64,000 nt of DNA from Octopus sinensis (Eukaryota). Shown here piece after piece: positions 12,875-25,291 of this stretch. Each line of letters starts with the position of its first letter. The stretch's first letter is position 1. The notes under the pieces were generated by a model that worked only from the letters and a program-made list of their open reading frames with translations, did no database searches and was not told the DNA's origin. A program made the translations under genes and the position numbers. The stretch covers positions 92,256,001 through 92,320,000 of the forward strand of contig NC_043005.1 in assembly GCF_006345805.1 (NCBI RefSeq), in the 5' to 3' direction.

Positions 12875-13420
12875 CATTATCATCATCATCATCATTTAAC
12901 GTCCGCTTTCCATGCTAGCATGAGTTGGACAAATTTGACTGAGGGCTGGCGAACTAGATGGCTGCACCAGGCTCCAGTCTTGATCTGGCAGAGTTTCTAC
13001 AGCTGGATGCCCTTCCTAACACCAACCACTCTGAGAGTGTAGTGGGTGCTTTTTACATGCCACCGGCACGGGGCCAGTCAGGCGGTACTGGCAATGACCT
13101 CACTCGAATCTTTTTACACATGCCACCGGCACAGGTGCCAGTAAGGCGATGTTGGGAACGATCACACTCGAATGGTGCCCTTTTTTGTGCCACCGGCATG
13201 GAAGCCAGTTGGTTGCTCTGGCAACGATCACGCTCTGATGGTGTTCTTGGCACCCTACTAGTACGGGCACAAGTCCAGTAAGGCGACGCTGGTAACGATC
13301 ACACTCGAATGGTGCCCTTTTATGAGCCACTGGCACAGAAGCCGGTTATCTGCTCTGTCAATGATCACACTCGTATGGTGCTCTTTGCACCCCACTAGCA
13401 CAGATGCCAGTCATCGAATT
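12875..13420 (-). mobile_element. RTE 3'UTR fragment with internal tandem repeats
   Basis: (CAT)n tail plus the family 3' end and gtgccaccggcac repeats. Confidence 0.85.
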
Positions 13421-13546
13421 TGATTTTGATTTAATTAGTATTTATTCACCGACTCAGCATACAAAAGGAGAGAAACAGAAAGGTGGAGAACAAGGTAGAG
13501 AAAGTAGACAGATTTGAAACGTTCAATCAAATGTTGATATGCTTAC

Positions 13547-13705
13547 CTCCATTACTATCTCCTGTAGTGCTTTACGGAAGTCCTTCTGCTTCAGTGCCCA
13601 CATGGCAACACCAACTGTTTTAAAAATATACCGGGTTTTGCCAGGTTCGTTTAATTGTAGTTGTTTCAAAGATGAGTTGTACATGTAAGATTGCAACTCA
13701 CGAAC
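13547..13705 (-). CDS. ADP-ribosylglycohydrolase-family gene, exon 7 (VRELQSYMY...VGVAMWALKQKDFRKALQEIVME)
   Basis: ttttctctag acceptor, GAG|gtaagc donor, 159 nt, phase 0-0, joins exon 8 as IVME-GGDAD. Confidence 0.92.
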
Positions 13706-15028
13706 CTAGAGAAAACATTAAAACACAAATTAAACACAGAATATAAAGTGTTAAACATAAAACATATTTTCCCAAGTTGGAATTAATCAAATAAATTCTT
13801 GTTTGCAGATAGAAAAGTATGTTCTTTGACAATATCATACAATGATAGGGAGAAGGAATGTTGAGAAGAGCAGGAAATATGAAGAGAAATGAATTCCTGA
13901 TTTTCGAATCAATAATCCAGGATCTTAATCACACAAAACCCATGTATTTATAATAGAGTGCCATTGTAACAGTGAAATTCAGAGTAAATAAATATATGAA
14001 TTGTATATATTGGGTAGAAATATACGCTTTGGATAGAAAAACAAAATCAAAGGCTGCCAAAATAGAATTACTTCATATTTTCTCTCAAAGTTTCTAACTT
14101 CATATGATGCCAACATCTGAATTGGTTTTGGTATGAAGACTACACAAAGTTGTTTGAAGGAAGATTTAGTTGCTTTATATAAAAGTTCCTTTGCTAGTTT
14201 CTTTCATTTTATTGTTGTAGATTTTATTATTCTACATAGAAATTACATTTCTATGTTTCTAAAATGTAGCATTAATACAGTGATAGGGGTTAGCTTCTCT
14301 CATCTGTTCACAATTACCATTTACACACTCTTTTGATTAGTATATTTCATCTTTTGTAGCCATTTAGAAACATAAAAAAAAGCCATGAAAGATTGAAGAA
14401 GAAACACTTGAGATTAGAACCATTTGTCTGTCTCTTTTAATTAAAGCCCAAAACTATAAAAACCATCGCACCAACAATGACAAAATAACATCAACAACAA
14501 AACCTGAAAATATAACTCGAATCCAAACAAGACAATGGCACTTCTTGTAAGTTGGATTTCTAGATCAGTTCCAAGGAGTTGTATTTGTATTGCTGGTTCT
14601 GAGGAAGTAAAATGGAAAAGTTGTTGGAGAATCAAATGGAACGCAATGTGATATTTATTCTGGCTATTTGCGTTTTGAATTTAAATCCCAACAAGGTCAA
14701 TTTTGTCCTCCATGTTTCTAGGATCAATAAATAACGTACCAACCGATTACTGGTGCAACCCTCTGTGCCCCCCAGCAGTCACATCCAGGATGTTCTAGTG
14801 AGTCCAGAGTTGGAGGGCCCAGAGCATGTCTGTGTCAGCTCAAGACTATGTGTACACCTTAATTAGCAAAAGCATGCTACTAAGTCATCCTGAGCTACAA
14901 GTAATGGCCAAAATATTTAGTTTATTACTCATGCTAAACTGAATAGAACCGTACACACACCTGAAACTAGAGCAGTTGCATAATGAGAAAGAATCCAAAG
15001 TTTAGAAAAGGAAATAAATTTAACAAAC

Positions 15029-15182
15029 CTCTGCATCAAGTGAGAGTAATTTTGATGCATAATCGAAAGCATCAGAGATGATGGCATTAATATTATATTC
15101 TCCAGACTTTTTCAGATGTTTTGGATCTCGCTGAATCAACATGGCTAATGTTACCGACAGAGCAACACCCCCTGCTTGACAC
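15029..15182 (-). CDS. ADP-ribosylglycohydrolase-family gene, exon 6 (R-CQAGGVALSVTLAMLIQRDPK...SLDAE)
   Basis: ttctaccctag acceptor, GAG|gtttgt donor, 154 nt, phase compatible with exons 5 and 7. Confidence 0.9.
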
Positions 15183-15854
15183 CTAGGGTAGAAGAAAACT
15201 GCATGTAAATATTTACTAAAAACTGACAGCAGTGGCAGAGAAATACATCCTCATTGCTTCAATATCCACTTTTCCATGCTTACACGGATCAGATAGAGTT
15301 TACCAAGTTAGATATTCTAAGGCAGGATGCTCTCCCTGTCATCAATGCTGACCTGTTTCCAAGCAAGGCAATACTTCACCATGTTTTTGTAGAAAATTGA
15401 AAATACATGACCTTCATTTACAACAATCATATGTTGTCATGACATCACAGATGTCACACACACAAAACATAGTTTCTGTCTACCAAATCCACTCACAAGG
15501 CTTTAGCCAGCCTGGGGTCTATAGTAGTAGACACTCACCTACACACTGAGACGAAACTCATGTGGCCTGGAAGTGAACTTCAAAACAAATAAAAGACTGC
15601 AACACCACAGCTTTGTCAAATGTATTTTCATGGATGTTATAAATACACTTTTCTACGCTGAATCTAAACAGGTAATCAAGTTTTCTCTATCAGGCTTAGA
15701 TTTCTAGTGATAATATATTTGTTTTACATTATTTAGCTGAATGACTGGATAAAAAAACAATATCTTAACATAAATGTGATAAAAAATTTCACTAGTAATA
15801 GACATATTAATTTTTATGTACAATTAAGGTGTATACATCAACATCAAAATAAAT

Positions 15855-16170
15855 ATCAAATGGAAATGGTAGTTGTGATACCTGTGCCGGTGGCACGTAA
15901 AAAGCACCATCCGAACATGGCCGATGCCAGCACCACCTTGACTAGCTTCTGTGCACGTAAAAAGCACCAACTGATCGTGGCCGCTGCCAGTCTCCCCTCG
16001 CACCTGTGCCAGTGGCATGTAAAAAGCACCCACTACACTCACGGAGTGGTTGGCATTAGGAAGGGCATCAAGCTGTAGAAACACTGCCAGATCAGACTGG
16101 AGACTGGTGCAACCTCCTGGCTTCCCAGACCCAGCACGGAAAACAGACGTTAAACGATGATGATGATGAT
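15855..16170 (+). mobile_element. RTE 3'UTR fragment
   Basis: gtgccggtggcacgtaaaaagcacc repeats and (GAT)n tail. Confidence 0.8.
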
Positions 16171-16419
16171 GAATTAGAACAATTTATTACTTTAATCTTT
16201 TACTTGTTTCAGTCATTAAACTGCAGCCATGCTGGGACACCCCCTTGAAGAATTTTAGTTGAATGAATTGACACCAGTACTTTTTTTGAAGTCTAATACT
16301 TATTTCGTTGGTGTCTTTTGCCAAACAGCTAAGTTACAGGGACATAAACACACCAACACTGGTTGTCAAGCGGTGATGGGAAGACAAACACAGACGCACA
16401 CACATATATATATATGATG

Positions 16420-16528
16420 GCTTCTTTCAGTTCCTGTCTACCAATTCCACTCACAAGGCTTTGGTTAGCCCAAAGGTGCCACACAGTGGGACTGAACCCA
16501 GGACTAGATGGCTGGGAAACAAGCTTCT
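16420..16528 (-). mobile_element. tRNA-derived SINE, 3' remainder after the tandem insertions; its head is at 19026-19057
   Basis: Same family as SINEs at 11170-11330, 26170-26335 and 59760-59900; B-box-like ggttcagtccc on the minus strand. Confidence 0.8.
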
Positions 16529-16979
16529 TTATTTCATTACATTTGCCATAAAGGCAGTACATAGAGTAAGGTAGCTTTGCAGGCTGGACAAGGACATTAA
16601 TGAAATTAATGATAATGAAAGAAAGATGATAAGGATGGGAGAAGACAAAAAGCACCCGCCGACTTCTGCTTCTCTAAAACATTGTTCTTTAAAACCAAAC
16701 ACAACTTTTACAACTTTTCAATTTTGGGACTTAACAGTCCATTACAAACAACAACATAGTTCAATAATTACAATACACAAAGCCCCTCCTCCCAGACCTG
16801 GCTTACACTTCCCTTAGGCAATGCGCCAGCACTAGGTCGGGGTCCCTCAAGGCGTATCTAAAAATGTCCTTTGAGAAGGTGTTCATTACTCTGACCATAG
16901 CGACATCCAATATGATCTTCGAAGTCACCTGCGAAAGCCACTCCTCGTCCCTTGTCCAGGGCATGGGCTCCTACCTCCA
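16529..16979 (-). mobile_element. 5'-truncated non-LTR element A inserted at the SINE-head target site
   Basis: Flanked by 14-bp target copies (16515-16528 ggaaacaagcttct, 16980-16993 ggaagcaagcttct); ~55-aa open C-terminus ending ...LAHCLREV*, then 3'UTR ending AATAAA. Confidence 0.7.
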
Positions 16980-16993
16980 GGAAGCAAGCTTCT

Positions 16994-19025
16994 TTATTTT
17001 ATCAAATTAGCCATGGAGACCTTACACTTACATAAAAATCAACATGTCAACCAAACATAAAAAATACATTATCACTTTTCCCTTCCTCCTCTTTCCGGAC
17101 TCCCAGTCAAATATCTAGCCGCCTGCAGAGCAGACCACGTTGACAGCTGGGAGTTCAGAAAGAATGCGAAGTGCCTATTATCAAATGTTTGTGTCACACA
17201 GTGCCAAAATTTATAACTCACCCTCAAAATAACTTGTGCCCGCATCCTCTACCATCCTCCACGCCTCTTTCAAAATCGTATCAAGTTCCGTGCCCGGGTA
17301 CAAGCGATATTCCCCTTCAGCCCAAACGTCACGTCAAACATTATGGCCATTCGGGGTTCTGTATGAAGGCTAAAGGTGCTCCCTTATGGTGCTTTTCCAT
17401 CACCTTTTCAATCTCTCCGCCTCTATAGAAGAAGATCAATACTTCGTCTTCCTCCGGGGGTGGGATATCCAATTCTGACATTGGTGGCACAGTTCCCGCC
17501 AACGGTGTTTCTTCTCCTGCCGGTGGCACAACCCCAACCGACATAGTTCCGGGACATTCCAGTACTATGCCATTGACTGCCGGCAATGTCCCGTTTCTCT
17601 TCCTCTTTTTCTCCTTTCAACTGAGGGAGGTTGCATCTCCTCCGTGGCCGGAAGATTCGCCTTCCCCTCCTCATCCCTAGGATCCTTCGGTGAGCACATA
17701 TTGTTGCTCACCTTCTTCCTCTTTCGGCCCCTGTTTGAGGATTCCTCCTCTTCCTCGACTGCCTTCATTCCCTCTTCTACAGGGGTCTCACTCAACTGCT
17801 CCGGGATCTTATTTTGTTCCCGGGGACAGTTTTTTCTTTATATGGCCGGCCTCCAGGTACCGATGACACCTGGGGGGACGACCCTCAAGTATCACTGGGT
17901 ACTTGCACCTTGCCATTTTCAAAAAATCTGGAAAATCCAGATTGGCTGATTGGGTCCAAAGGGTCAAAACAGCTTTTGACCCAACCCAATCAGCAGCAGG
18001 AAGAACTTTCACATAAAGAAGCTTGGTCCCGCTGCCACCCAGACCCCGGTGGATAGTCTCCTCTATCCACTCGGGTTTTATCCCGGGTGGCAACTCGCAG
18101 ACCCAAGCTTTCATCAACCTCCTTCCATGATACATGGGAAGGAACAAAATTTCCTCACCCTCCAAGGGTTGACTAGCAAATTTGCGAGCCTCTTCAGGGG
18201 TATCAAATAGCAACCACACCGTTGCATATCTGACACCCCTGGAAATGAATTTAATTGTTGGCAAATACTCTGCCAACTCCTTTTCAATTGCCGTCTTTTC
18301 GAATAGGGCGATGGTGTCGAGTGACTTGGAGTAGGTTCTCAACACCACTGTCCTATCTTCACGGTCTTTCAACCACTTTTTGGGCGGTATAATCTCCCAC
18401 TCCAAAACTTTGTCTTTTTTCATTGCCATGTTTTTTTTTCTTTTTTGAAAATATATTCAAAATAAAACTTAAAAAGCGAGAAGAAAAAAGAAATCAAAAG
18501 AAAGTCACAATAAACAAAAAGGAGAAAGTCAAATAAAGTTTAGAAGAAAGTCAATAGTTCAGGAACAGCAAAAAAATCTTCTGGCCATTCGGTACTCCCG
18601 GCCTAGGTTGAACCCGGAACGCCACAACTGGGACACAACTTACACAAAAATTGATATACAAATTGTTCAATCTTCGGAGGCAAAGACACTCCCCCAAACA
18701 GCAGTTCTCACAATAATTAAAGTTCTTCAAAAGGCACAATACAAGCAATTCACTCAACATAAACTGAAGACGAATACGCCCCCAAAAAAAATTCTCACAA
18801 TTCAGCGAGAAAAATTATTTGCCCCATGTAGGCAGAACCAGAATTCTGAATCCAGTAGGACTTCCTGCCTGTACAAAAACAATTCTCAACAAAAATTCTC
18901 ACTGGACCCAAAAAACAGAATCTTACCTTACAATGGAGTTTCAAAATCTTTCAATTCGAGACGGCTTCAAAAGCATGTCTCACCTCTTTGGTGCCGAACA
19001 CCACAATTATTCGCACATGCGCAGT
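16994..19025 (-). mobile_element. Apparently full-length ~2.0-kb ORF1-only (HAL1-like, L1/Tx1-type ORF1) non-autonomous retrotransposon B
   Basis: TSD ggaagcaagcttct (16980-16993) / ggaagcagcttct (19026-19038); ~600-nt 5'UTR, ORF1, ~200-nt 3'UTR ending AATAAA; no room for endonuclease or RT. Confidence 0.8.
17809..18429 (-). pseudogene. ORF1 (RRM-like region plus degenerate CCHC knuckle) of element B; continues through frameshifts to ~17200
   Basis: VILEGRPPRCHRYLEAGHIKK knuckle-like motif; downstream acidic/Pro-rich ORFs 17565-17795 and 17341-17586. Confidence 0.7.
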
Positions 19026-19699
19026 GGAAGCAGCTTCTTACCACACAGCCACTCCTGGGTAAAAAGTTTTGATAGTGTTAATAGAATAAATTTGACCAGG
19101 GTAACAGACACTTGCCCAAGGTGCCACACAGTGGGACTGAACCCAGGACTAGATGGCTGGGAAACAAGCTTCTTACCAAACAGCCACTCCTGGGTAGAAA
19201 GTTTTGATCATTTTAATAGAATAAATTTGACCAGGATAACATACTGTGCAAGTTGAAATATATTTAGACCTATTCAGACACAGCCTAATGTCTGTGTGCA
19301 TAACAGAACCAACTCACTCTCTTTGTAAAAAGAGAGTGTTAACAGCAGGTGTGTCTGTCTTTCATTGATTTTTGCACCAGAATTTTGTTCAGGGAGATGT
19401 TTAGTCATGAGATAGAACTGTCTAAATTATCATAATTCCTATCTGCTATGTATGTGGTGATCTAACTTTAAAACAATAAAAATTAATACAACACAAACAT
19501 ATATTTATTAAATGTAACAATCATCATCATTTAGCATCCGTTTTCCATGCTGCTACCAGGACAATATGGGAATGGTCTCCTCATGTTAACAAGTCTACTA
19601 ACAGGATAACTAACAAGTTCACATCACCTGCCATTTGATATTCTAATGATTTGGAAGGAACCCAAAAATCACACAATAGAAGGACAGACCTGATCATAC

Positions 19700-20040
19700 A
19701 TCATTTGTTCCAAGGAAGAAAAATGTTTTGAAAGGTTCACTTGCTGACCTGAGAAATGGTCCCTCCCTTCTTTACACATCAAGCAACTTATAAAAAAGTT
19801 TGTTAAAGCAATGGATTAAGTACAAACTGGTTTCAAAAACTTGAAAAACAATTGTTCTCAGATCAATGGTGCAAAGATTTAAGAAGGCCTTTTTGTAAGC
19901 CCTCACATTAAAGAATTGTTAAGAGATGCAAAGTTAAATGAAGTTGAGAAATCTGTGAGAAATTTCAAAAAGAGTCTGAACTTTTTAGGAAGTCAAAAGT
20001 CAGAAATTATTCAGAAATAATGTGACCTGTGTCGCATAAG
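19700..20040 (+). mobile_element. Decayed DNA transposase fragment (Chapaev3-like, assignment from memory)
   Basis: Translation fragments KKFVKAMD...GLFVSPHIKELL...NFLGSQKSENY; same family as 37880-41107. Confidence 0.5.
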
Positions 20041-20079
20041 TCATAACAATGTGTCAGACCTTTTTTCTGGAAAAACTCA

Positions 20080-20530
20080 AGCAATGAACATGTGTTGGTG
20101 GCACATAAAATGCACTATCTGCACGTGGCCGATGCCAGCACCACCTTGACTGGCTTCAGTGCCGGTGGCACGTAAAAAGCACCAACCGATCGTGGCCTCC
20201 CTGGCACCTGTGCCGGTGGCATGTAAAAAGCACCATCCGAACGTGGTCAATGCCAGCGCTGCCTTCACTGGCTTCCGTGCCGGTGGCACATAAAAAGCAC
20301 CAACCAATCGTGACCATTGCCAGCCTCCCCTGGCACCTGTGCCAGTGACACATAAAAAGCACCCACTACACTCATGGAGTGGTTGGCGTTAGGAAGGGCA
20401 TCCAGCTGTAGAAACACTGCCAGATCAGACTGGAGCCTGGTGCAGCCTCCTGGCTTCCCAAACCCTGGTCGAACCGTCCAACTCATGCTAGCATGGAAAA
20501 CGGACGTTAATCAATGATGATGATGATGAA
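20080..20530 (+). mobile_element. RTE 3'UTR fragment with ~5 tandem units
   Basis: Repeats and tail as in 49600-50050. Confidence 0.85.
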
Positions 20531-21944
20531 ATGTGTTACCATGACAACTGGAGTGCCCAGTATGTTTGCTGGCAACTGATGGACTTTAAAAGGAGATATG
20601 TCTGAAGCAAAATACAGTAGAAAATCAAATGGAGATACTTTTTAAACGACATGTATGTGTTTTTGACATTTAGTTTTGTACAGATCTTCAAAAATTAAGT
20701 TGCTTGCCACACAAAAGCCTGACCAGACAGAGACATGTTACAAACTTATTTGAATTCAGCACCTAAAACTATTAAAAGAATCATATTTTCACACAATCCC
20801 ATTTTTCTCGCTCTTTTTCTTTTTTTTTGTTCCCCAATTCTATAGTCTATTTCATTCAAATACTTATAGACCACACATAAACACATCCATGCAGTGTGCT
20901 TGCACATATACATATATACACATATGTACATATACTCAGATAAATGAAGATAAAGTCTGTTCCAAACAGGAAAGCATGCCAAATGTAAGAAAATAATATG
21001 ACGAAAAGTAGAACAATAACAAAAACGCGCGATAAATCATTTTAAAATTGCTCAAGAAATAGAAATAATATAAGTTTTTATTCATTTATCAATTTCAAGA
21101 GGAAGAGTCTCAATGGCCAAACGAATGAAGAGCTTCCTTTTAGTTTTATGAGTTCATATCCTGTTTGTGTGCAACACTGGATGTTTGACAATCTCAGTCT
21201 ATTTGAGTACAGATAAGAGATGAACACAAAGCTGTTTTAACAACAGATATTAAATTTAGAAAGTAATGAGCAGTCAGATAGATTAAATATATTTGAGATG
21301 AAGTTAGGTCAAACCAGCTTTTAGCTTTCATGCAGACAAATACATAACCAAAACCACAGGACATACAACGAACATAGAGAGAACAGCACAGCCAGGAACC
21401 GAACACATCCCACATGGATCACTTTCAATACAGTAAAAATAACAACAACAACAGAGGAGGAGGGGATGGGAGGGGGGAAGAGGAAGAGGAGGAGGAGGGA
21501 AGGAGGAGGAGGTTCAAATTTTGACACAAGGCCAGCAAGTTTGGGGAGAGGTAAGTTGATTACATCAACCCCAGAGCTCAACTGGTACTTACTTTATCGA
21601 CCCTCAAAGGATGAAAGGCAAAACCAACCTTGGCGGAATTTGAACTCAGAATTTAAAGAAATGGATGAAATGCTGCTAAGCATTTTGCCTGGCATGCTAA
21701 CAATTCTACTAGCTCACTGCCTTAATAATAACAATAATAATCCTTTCTGTGATAGGCACATGGCCTGAAATTTGGCGGGAGCTAGTCAGTTACATCAGCC
21801 CCAGCACTTGACAGGTTCCATATTTTATCAACCCTGAAGGGATGAAAAGAAAAGTTGACCTTGGCAGAATTTGAATCCAGAATGTAAAGACAGACGAAAT
21901 GCCATTAAGCATTTTGTGTGATGTGCAAATGATTCTGCTGGCTC

Positions 21945-22690
21945 TATCTATCTATCCATTCAGTCGAAGTTGACTCTCGGTTACTCGATGGATCAGTGTC
22001 CTCCAGTCAGTTCTATCCTGGGCCGCTTCTTTCAGATTGGCTATGTCCATTCCGGTATCACTCTTGATGGTGTCAAGCCAGCGGGTTCTTGGTCGGCCTC
22101 TTCCTCTCTTGCCACTGACCATTCCGAGCATGATGTCCTTCTCCAGGGATTTTCTCTGCATAATATGACCAAAATATGCCAATCTATGCTTGGTGATCCA
22201 AGCTTCTAGCGACATTTTCGGCCTGATCTGCTTAAGAACTTCTCCATTGGTGAGCCTCACTGTCCATAGAATCCGTAAAAGTCTTCTCCAACACCAAAGC
22301 TCGAATGCATTAATTCTCTTCTGGTCAGCTTTCTTTAGTGTCCAGGTCTCGCATCCATATGTTGCTATTGGGAAGACAATTGCATTCACCAATCTGTATT
22401 TGGTAGCGAGTCTGATGTCTCTACTCTTCCAGACCCTGCTCATGCTGACCATTGCCTCTCTGCCTAGTACTATCCGCCGTCTTATTTCTGGAGTGTAGTT
22501 GCCATCTCGATTTATTTTGGAGCCAAGGAAGATGAAATCATCAACCACTTCGATCTCTTCATTATCGATCTTGATGCTGATGTTTGTTGTGGCTGCTGTT
22601 GACATGATCTTCGTTTTCTTAACATTGAGGTACAACCCAAATTTCTCACTCTGCCAGCTTACCACCTTAATAATAATATTGGTTTCAAAT
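21945..22690 (-). mobile_element. RTE-BovB-like LINE, 5'-truncated 3' end
   Basis: ORF 21952-22698 uninterrupted: LNVKKTKIM, FIFLGS, YGCETW, LAYFGHIMQR, RGRPRTRWLD. Confidence 0.88.
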
Positions 22691-22861
22691 TTTGTCACAA
22701 GGCCAGTAATTTTGGGGGTGGGGGTAAGTTGATTATATCAACTCCTGTACCCAACTGGTACTTATTTTATCGACCCCAAAAGGATGAAAGGCAAAGTCAA
22801 CCTCAGCAGAAAATAACAATAATGCAACATTAATAATTAAATGTCTAAAATTTATTTTTAC

Positions 22862-23016
22862 CTTGAATCTGGTATTAAAATATCACATACAAGCAACGTG
22901 TTCTTGATAACTTTTCCAAGAATATTGTAATAATGAATTCCAAGAATAGGAGAAAATGCTAAAATTGCATTACTGGCTACATAATTGCCTTTCATTCGCC
23001 ACACTATTTCTGCTGC
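22862..23016 (-). CDS. ADP-ribosylglycohydrolase-family gene, exon 5 (AAEIVWRMKGNYVASNAILAFSPILGIHYY...VCDILIPDS-R)
   Basis: ttgaatacag acceptor, AG|gtaaaa donor, 155 nt, phase 0-2. Confidence 0.88.
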
Positions 23017-24014
23017 CTGTATTCAAGGAAGAAAAGAAAAGAAAACTAATAGAAATTATACAAGTCAATGGTTTCTGATTTAGGCACAAGGCCAGCAACT
23101 TTGAGGGAAGTGGGGTTAGCCAATATTATCAACACCAGTACTTGACTGGTACTTTATTTTACTGACTCCAGACGGATGAAAGGCAGAGTTGGCCCTAGTG
23201 AGATTTGAACTCAGAACATAAAGAGTTATAAGAGATACAGCCAAGTGTTTCTTTCACTGCTCTAATGATTCTGCCAGTTAACTGCCCTATTATATGGTCG
23301 TTAATGAAAATAATATCAATTTTAAGAGAAAAGTGAAAATTGAAAAACTGAAAAGAAACTAGATTGTTATTTAGATGTTGTAATTTCAAATTTTTTTCTA
23401 AACACACAAATAGTATGATGAAGATAAGAAAAAAAGGGGGTCGGGTGTTGGAGTAATGAGATTGTTGCATAGGTTCAGACATCCCTTGTTATTCTACAAG
23501 CATGGAATGGTGAGGAAGAGAGATCTACCACCACCCTCAGTCATGCTGACAGCATGGCACAGTGAGAATAAAAATACTGATTTATGTCGAATCTATTCAA
23601 TAGGAAAAGTTTAATAATTTTTGAATTTGTGGATTCTATTTGAGTTTGTCAAAAGGAAGTGAAGTTCTAGAGCAGGATGTACATACTTAACATTATGTCC
23701 TATCTTAAAACTGCATCAATTTCTGAATTGATGTCAAGATGAGGAACCTAAGTCATATACAGTAATATGCCTTATCCAAAGACAATTTAGTGCCAGTGGA
23801 AAATTTTGAAACCAAAACCTGTGGTCTGTGAACTCAGCCATATTAACTTACATTTTAACAGAAAATCATGTAATAATTTCTCTCTGAAAAGTATGGGCTG
23901 TTCTTGATGGCATTAGCAATATCTGAAAGTCATCTTTCCAAGATGATATAAAGAAAAGTTACTTCTCAGCACCAGTAGGGTCTGTACTATTGTATGGATC
24001 CCTTGGCTGGACAC

Positions 24015-24700
24015 TCATCATCATCATTGTTCAACTGTGGTCAAGACAATGGAATTTACTATGTTACGCCAGACTTCACAGTCCATCATAGCATTACGGA
24101 GGTCCTGTTGCTGGATGCCTGTATCCCTGGAGATTACATCAGGGTAGGAGAGTGTGTGCCTTCTGCTATTGCAAGCAGATGGCTTCCAGAGGAGAAGAGT
24201 AGAAATTACCTCGTTTTCAGCTCTACAACAATGTCCAGCAAACTGGACTCTTCTACCTTTCACAAGAGGTGATACAGGTGGTAATTTCCCATATATTTGC
24301 ACTTTGGTAAGATGACGCTTCCACAAGAGATTTTGAGCTCTCATAAGGAGGCAAGTGTAAGTTCCATCCAACCGCCTCTCAAGCTTCTTTGATAACATCC
24401 AGGTTTCTGAGCCATATAGTAGAATTGGTTCAACTGTGGCTTTGAAGATTTTAAGTTTGATGACCAGATCTTATGCATATCATTACAGGCTGACCAGGCC
24501 ATACCCTTTCTAGTTAGAAAATCTTTTTCGGGTGATGATATGTATGACCCAAGATATTCGTAATCAGAAACCATATTTAAGAGAGTATTGTTGAGAGTAT
24601 GGATGATGAAATCACTGTTGGACAGACACTTGTTTACATATTCAGTCTTGGACTCATTGAGGTAAAGACCTACACAATTTGAGGCTTGTTCACTAAACAC
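24015..24700 (-). mobile_element. RTE-like LINE 3' fragment of a second family
   Basis: ORFs 24341-24700 (LYLNESKTEY, YLGSYI) and 24024-24398 (RRVQFAGHCCR); (GAT)n tail. Confidence 0.8.
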
Positions 24701-25147
24701 CTGAAGGCAAGATTAGATGGCATATAATCCCACATTACAGGCTATTGTGAAGACTTGCAGGGAAAGCATCCATGCAAACAAGGACTTCTTGCAATCACTG
24801 ATGTTATTAGAGAGGCACATGTATTTTGTAGGACATTGATTCAGGAAGAACTTGATTGTGATACACATCTATGAACACCTCAACATGGATATGCATAAGT
24901 TAGCTATCCAACAAAAGCCTTCATCAACTAGCTTTGCATGGACATAGAATGTTACTCTGTTGACCACCTGACACTGAACAGAACTGTGATGGAGTGGTGG
25001 TGTGGTGGTGGTGGTAGAGGAGGGGGAGTTATCAAGTTGGGTAAATCCAAGCAAACTTGGCCAGATGATTAAATGAAAGGAAAGAAAGAAAAAAAAGGAA
25101 AGAATAAACGAGTTAATGAATAAAAATTGAATTACAAAATTACTTAC

Positions 25148-25291
25148 TTTTTCTGGCTGTTCTGAAAATTGTGGGTGGTTGATCACAGACTTGAAATGAG
25201 GACAAAGGCCTTTTGCCACTTTGTCTCCTAATTCAGGGAACCCAGATTCTGACCATTCCATCATCATCTTAGCAAAATTAACAGAAGGAAT
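25148..25291 (-). CDS. ADP-ribosylglycohydrolase-family gene, exon 4 (IPSVNFAKMMMEWSESGFPELGDK...QPEK)
   Basis: cttcttttag acceptor, AAA|gtaagt donor, 144 nt; FA..L..W...GFPELGD motif of invertebrate ARH-like proteins. Confidence 0.92.

Noticed and set aside
12958-13336. Overlapping MPVA..HKRAPFECDR ORFs and repeat-spacer appearance suggesting a CRISPR-like array
   Set aside because: These are tandem units of the RTE 3'UTR: the spacers are homologous to each other, there are no cas genes, and the context is eukaryotic
13940-14000. gtgaaattcagagtaaata resembling a hammerhead 3' half
   Set aside because: 5' core absent; too degenerate to call
21100-21170. Minus-strand GYELIKLKG resembling lactate dehydrogenase AYEVIKLKG
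   Set aside because: Similarity limited to about 8 residues, with no matching flanks or splice sites
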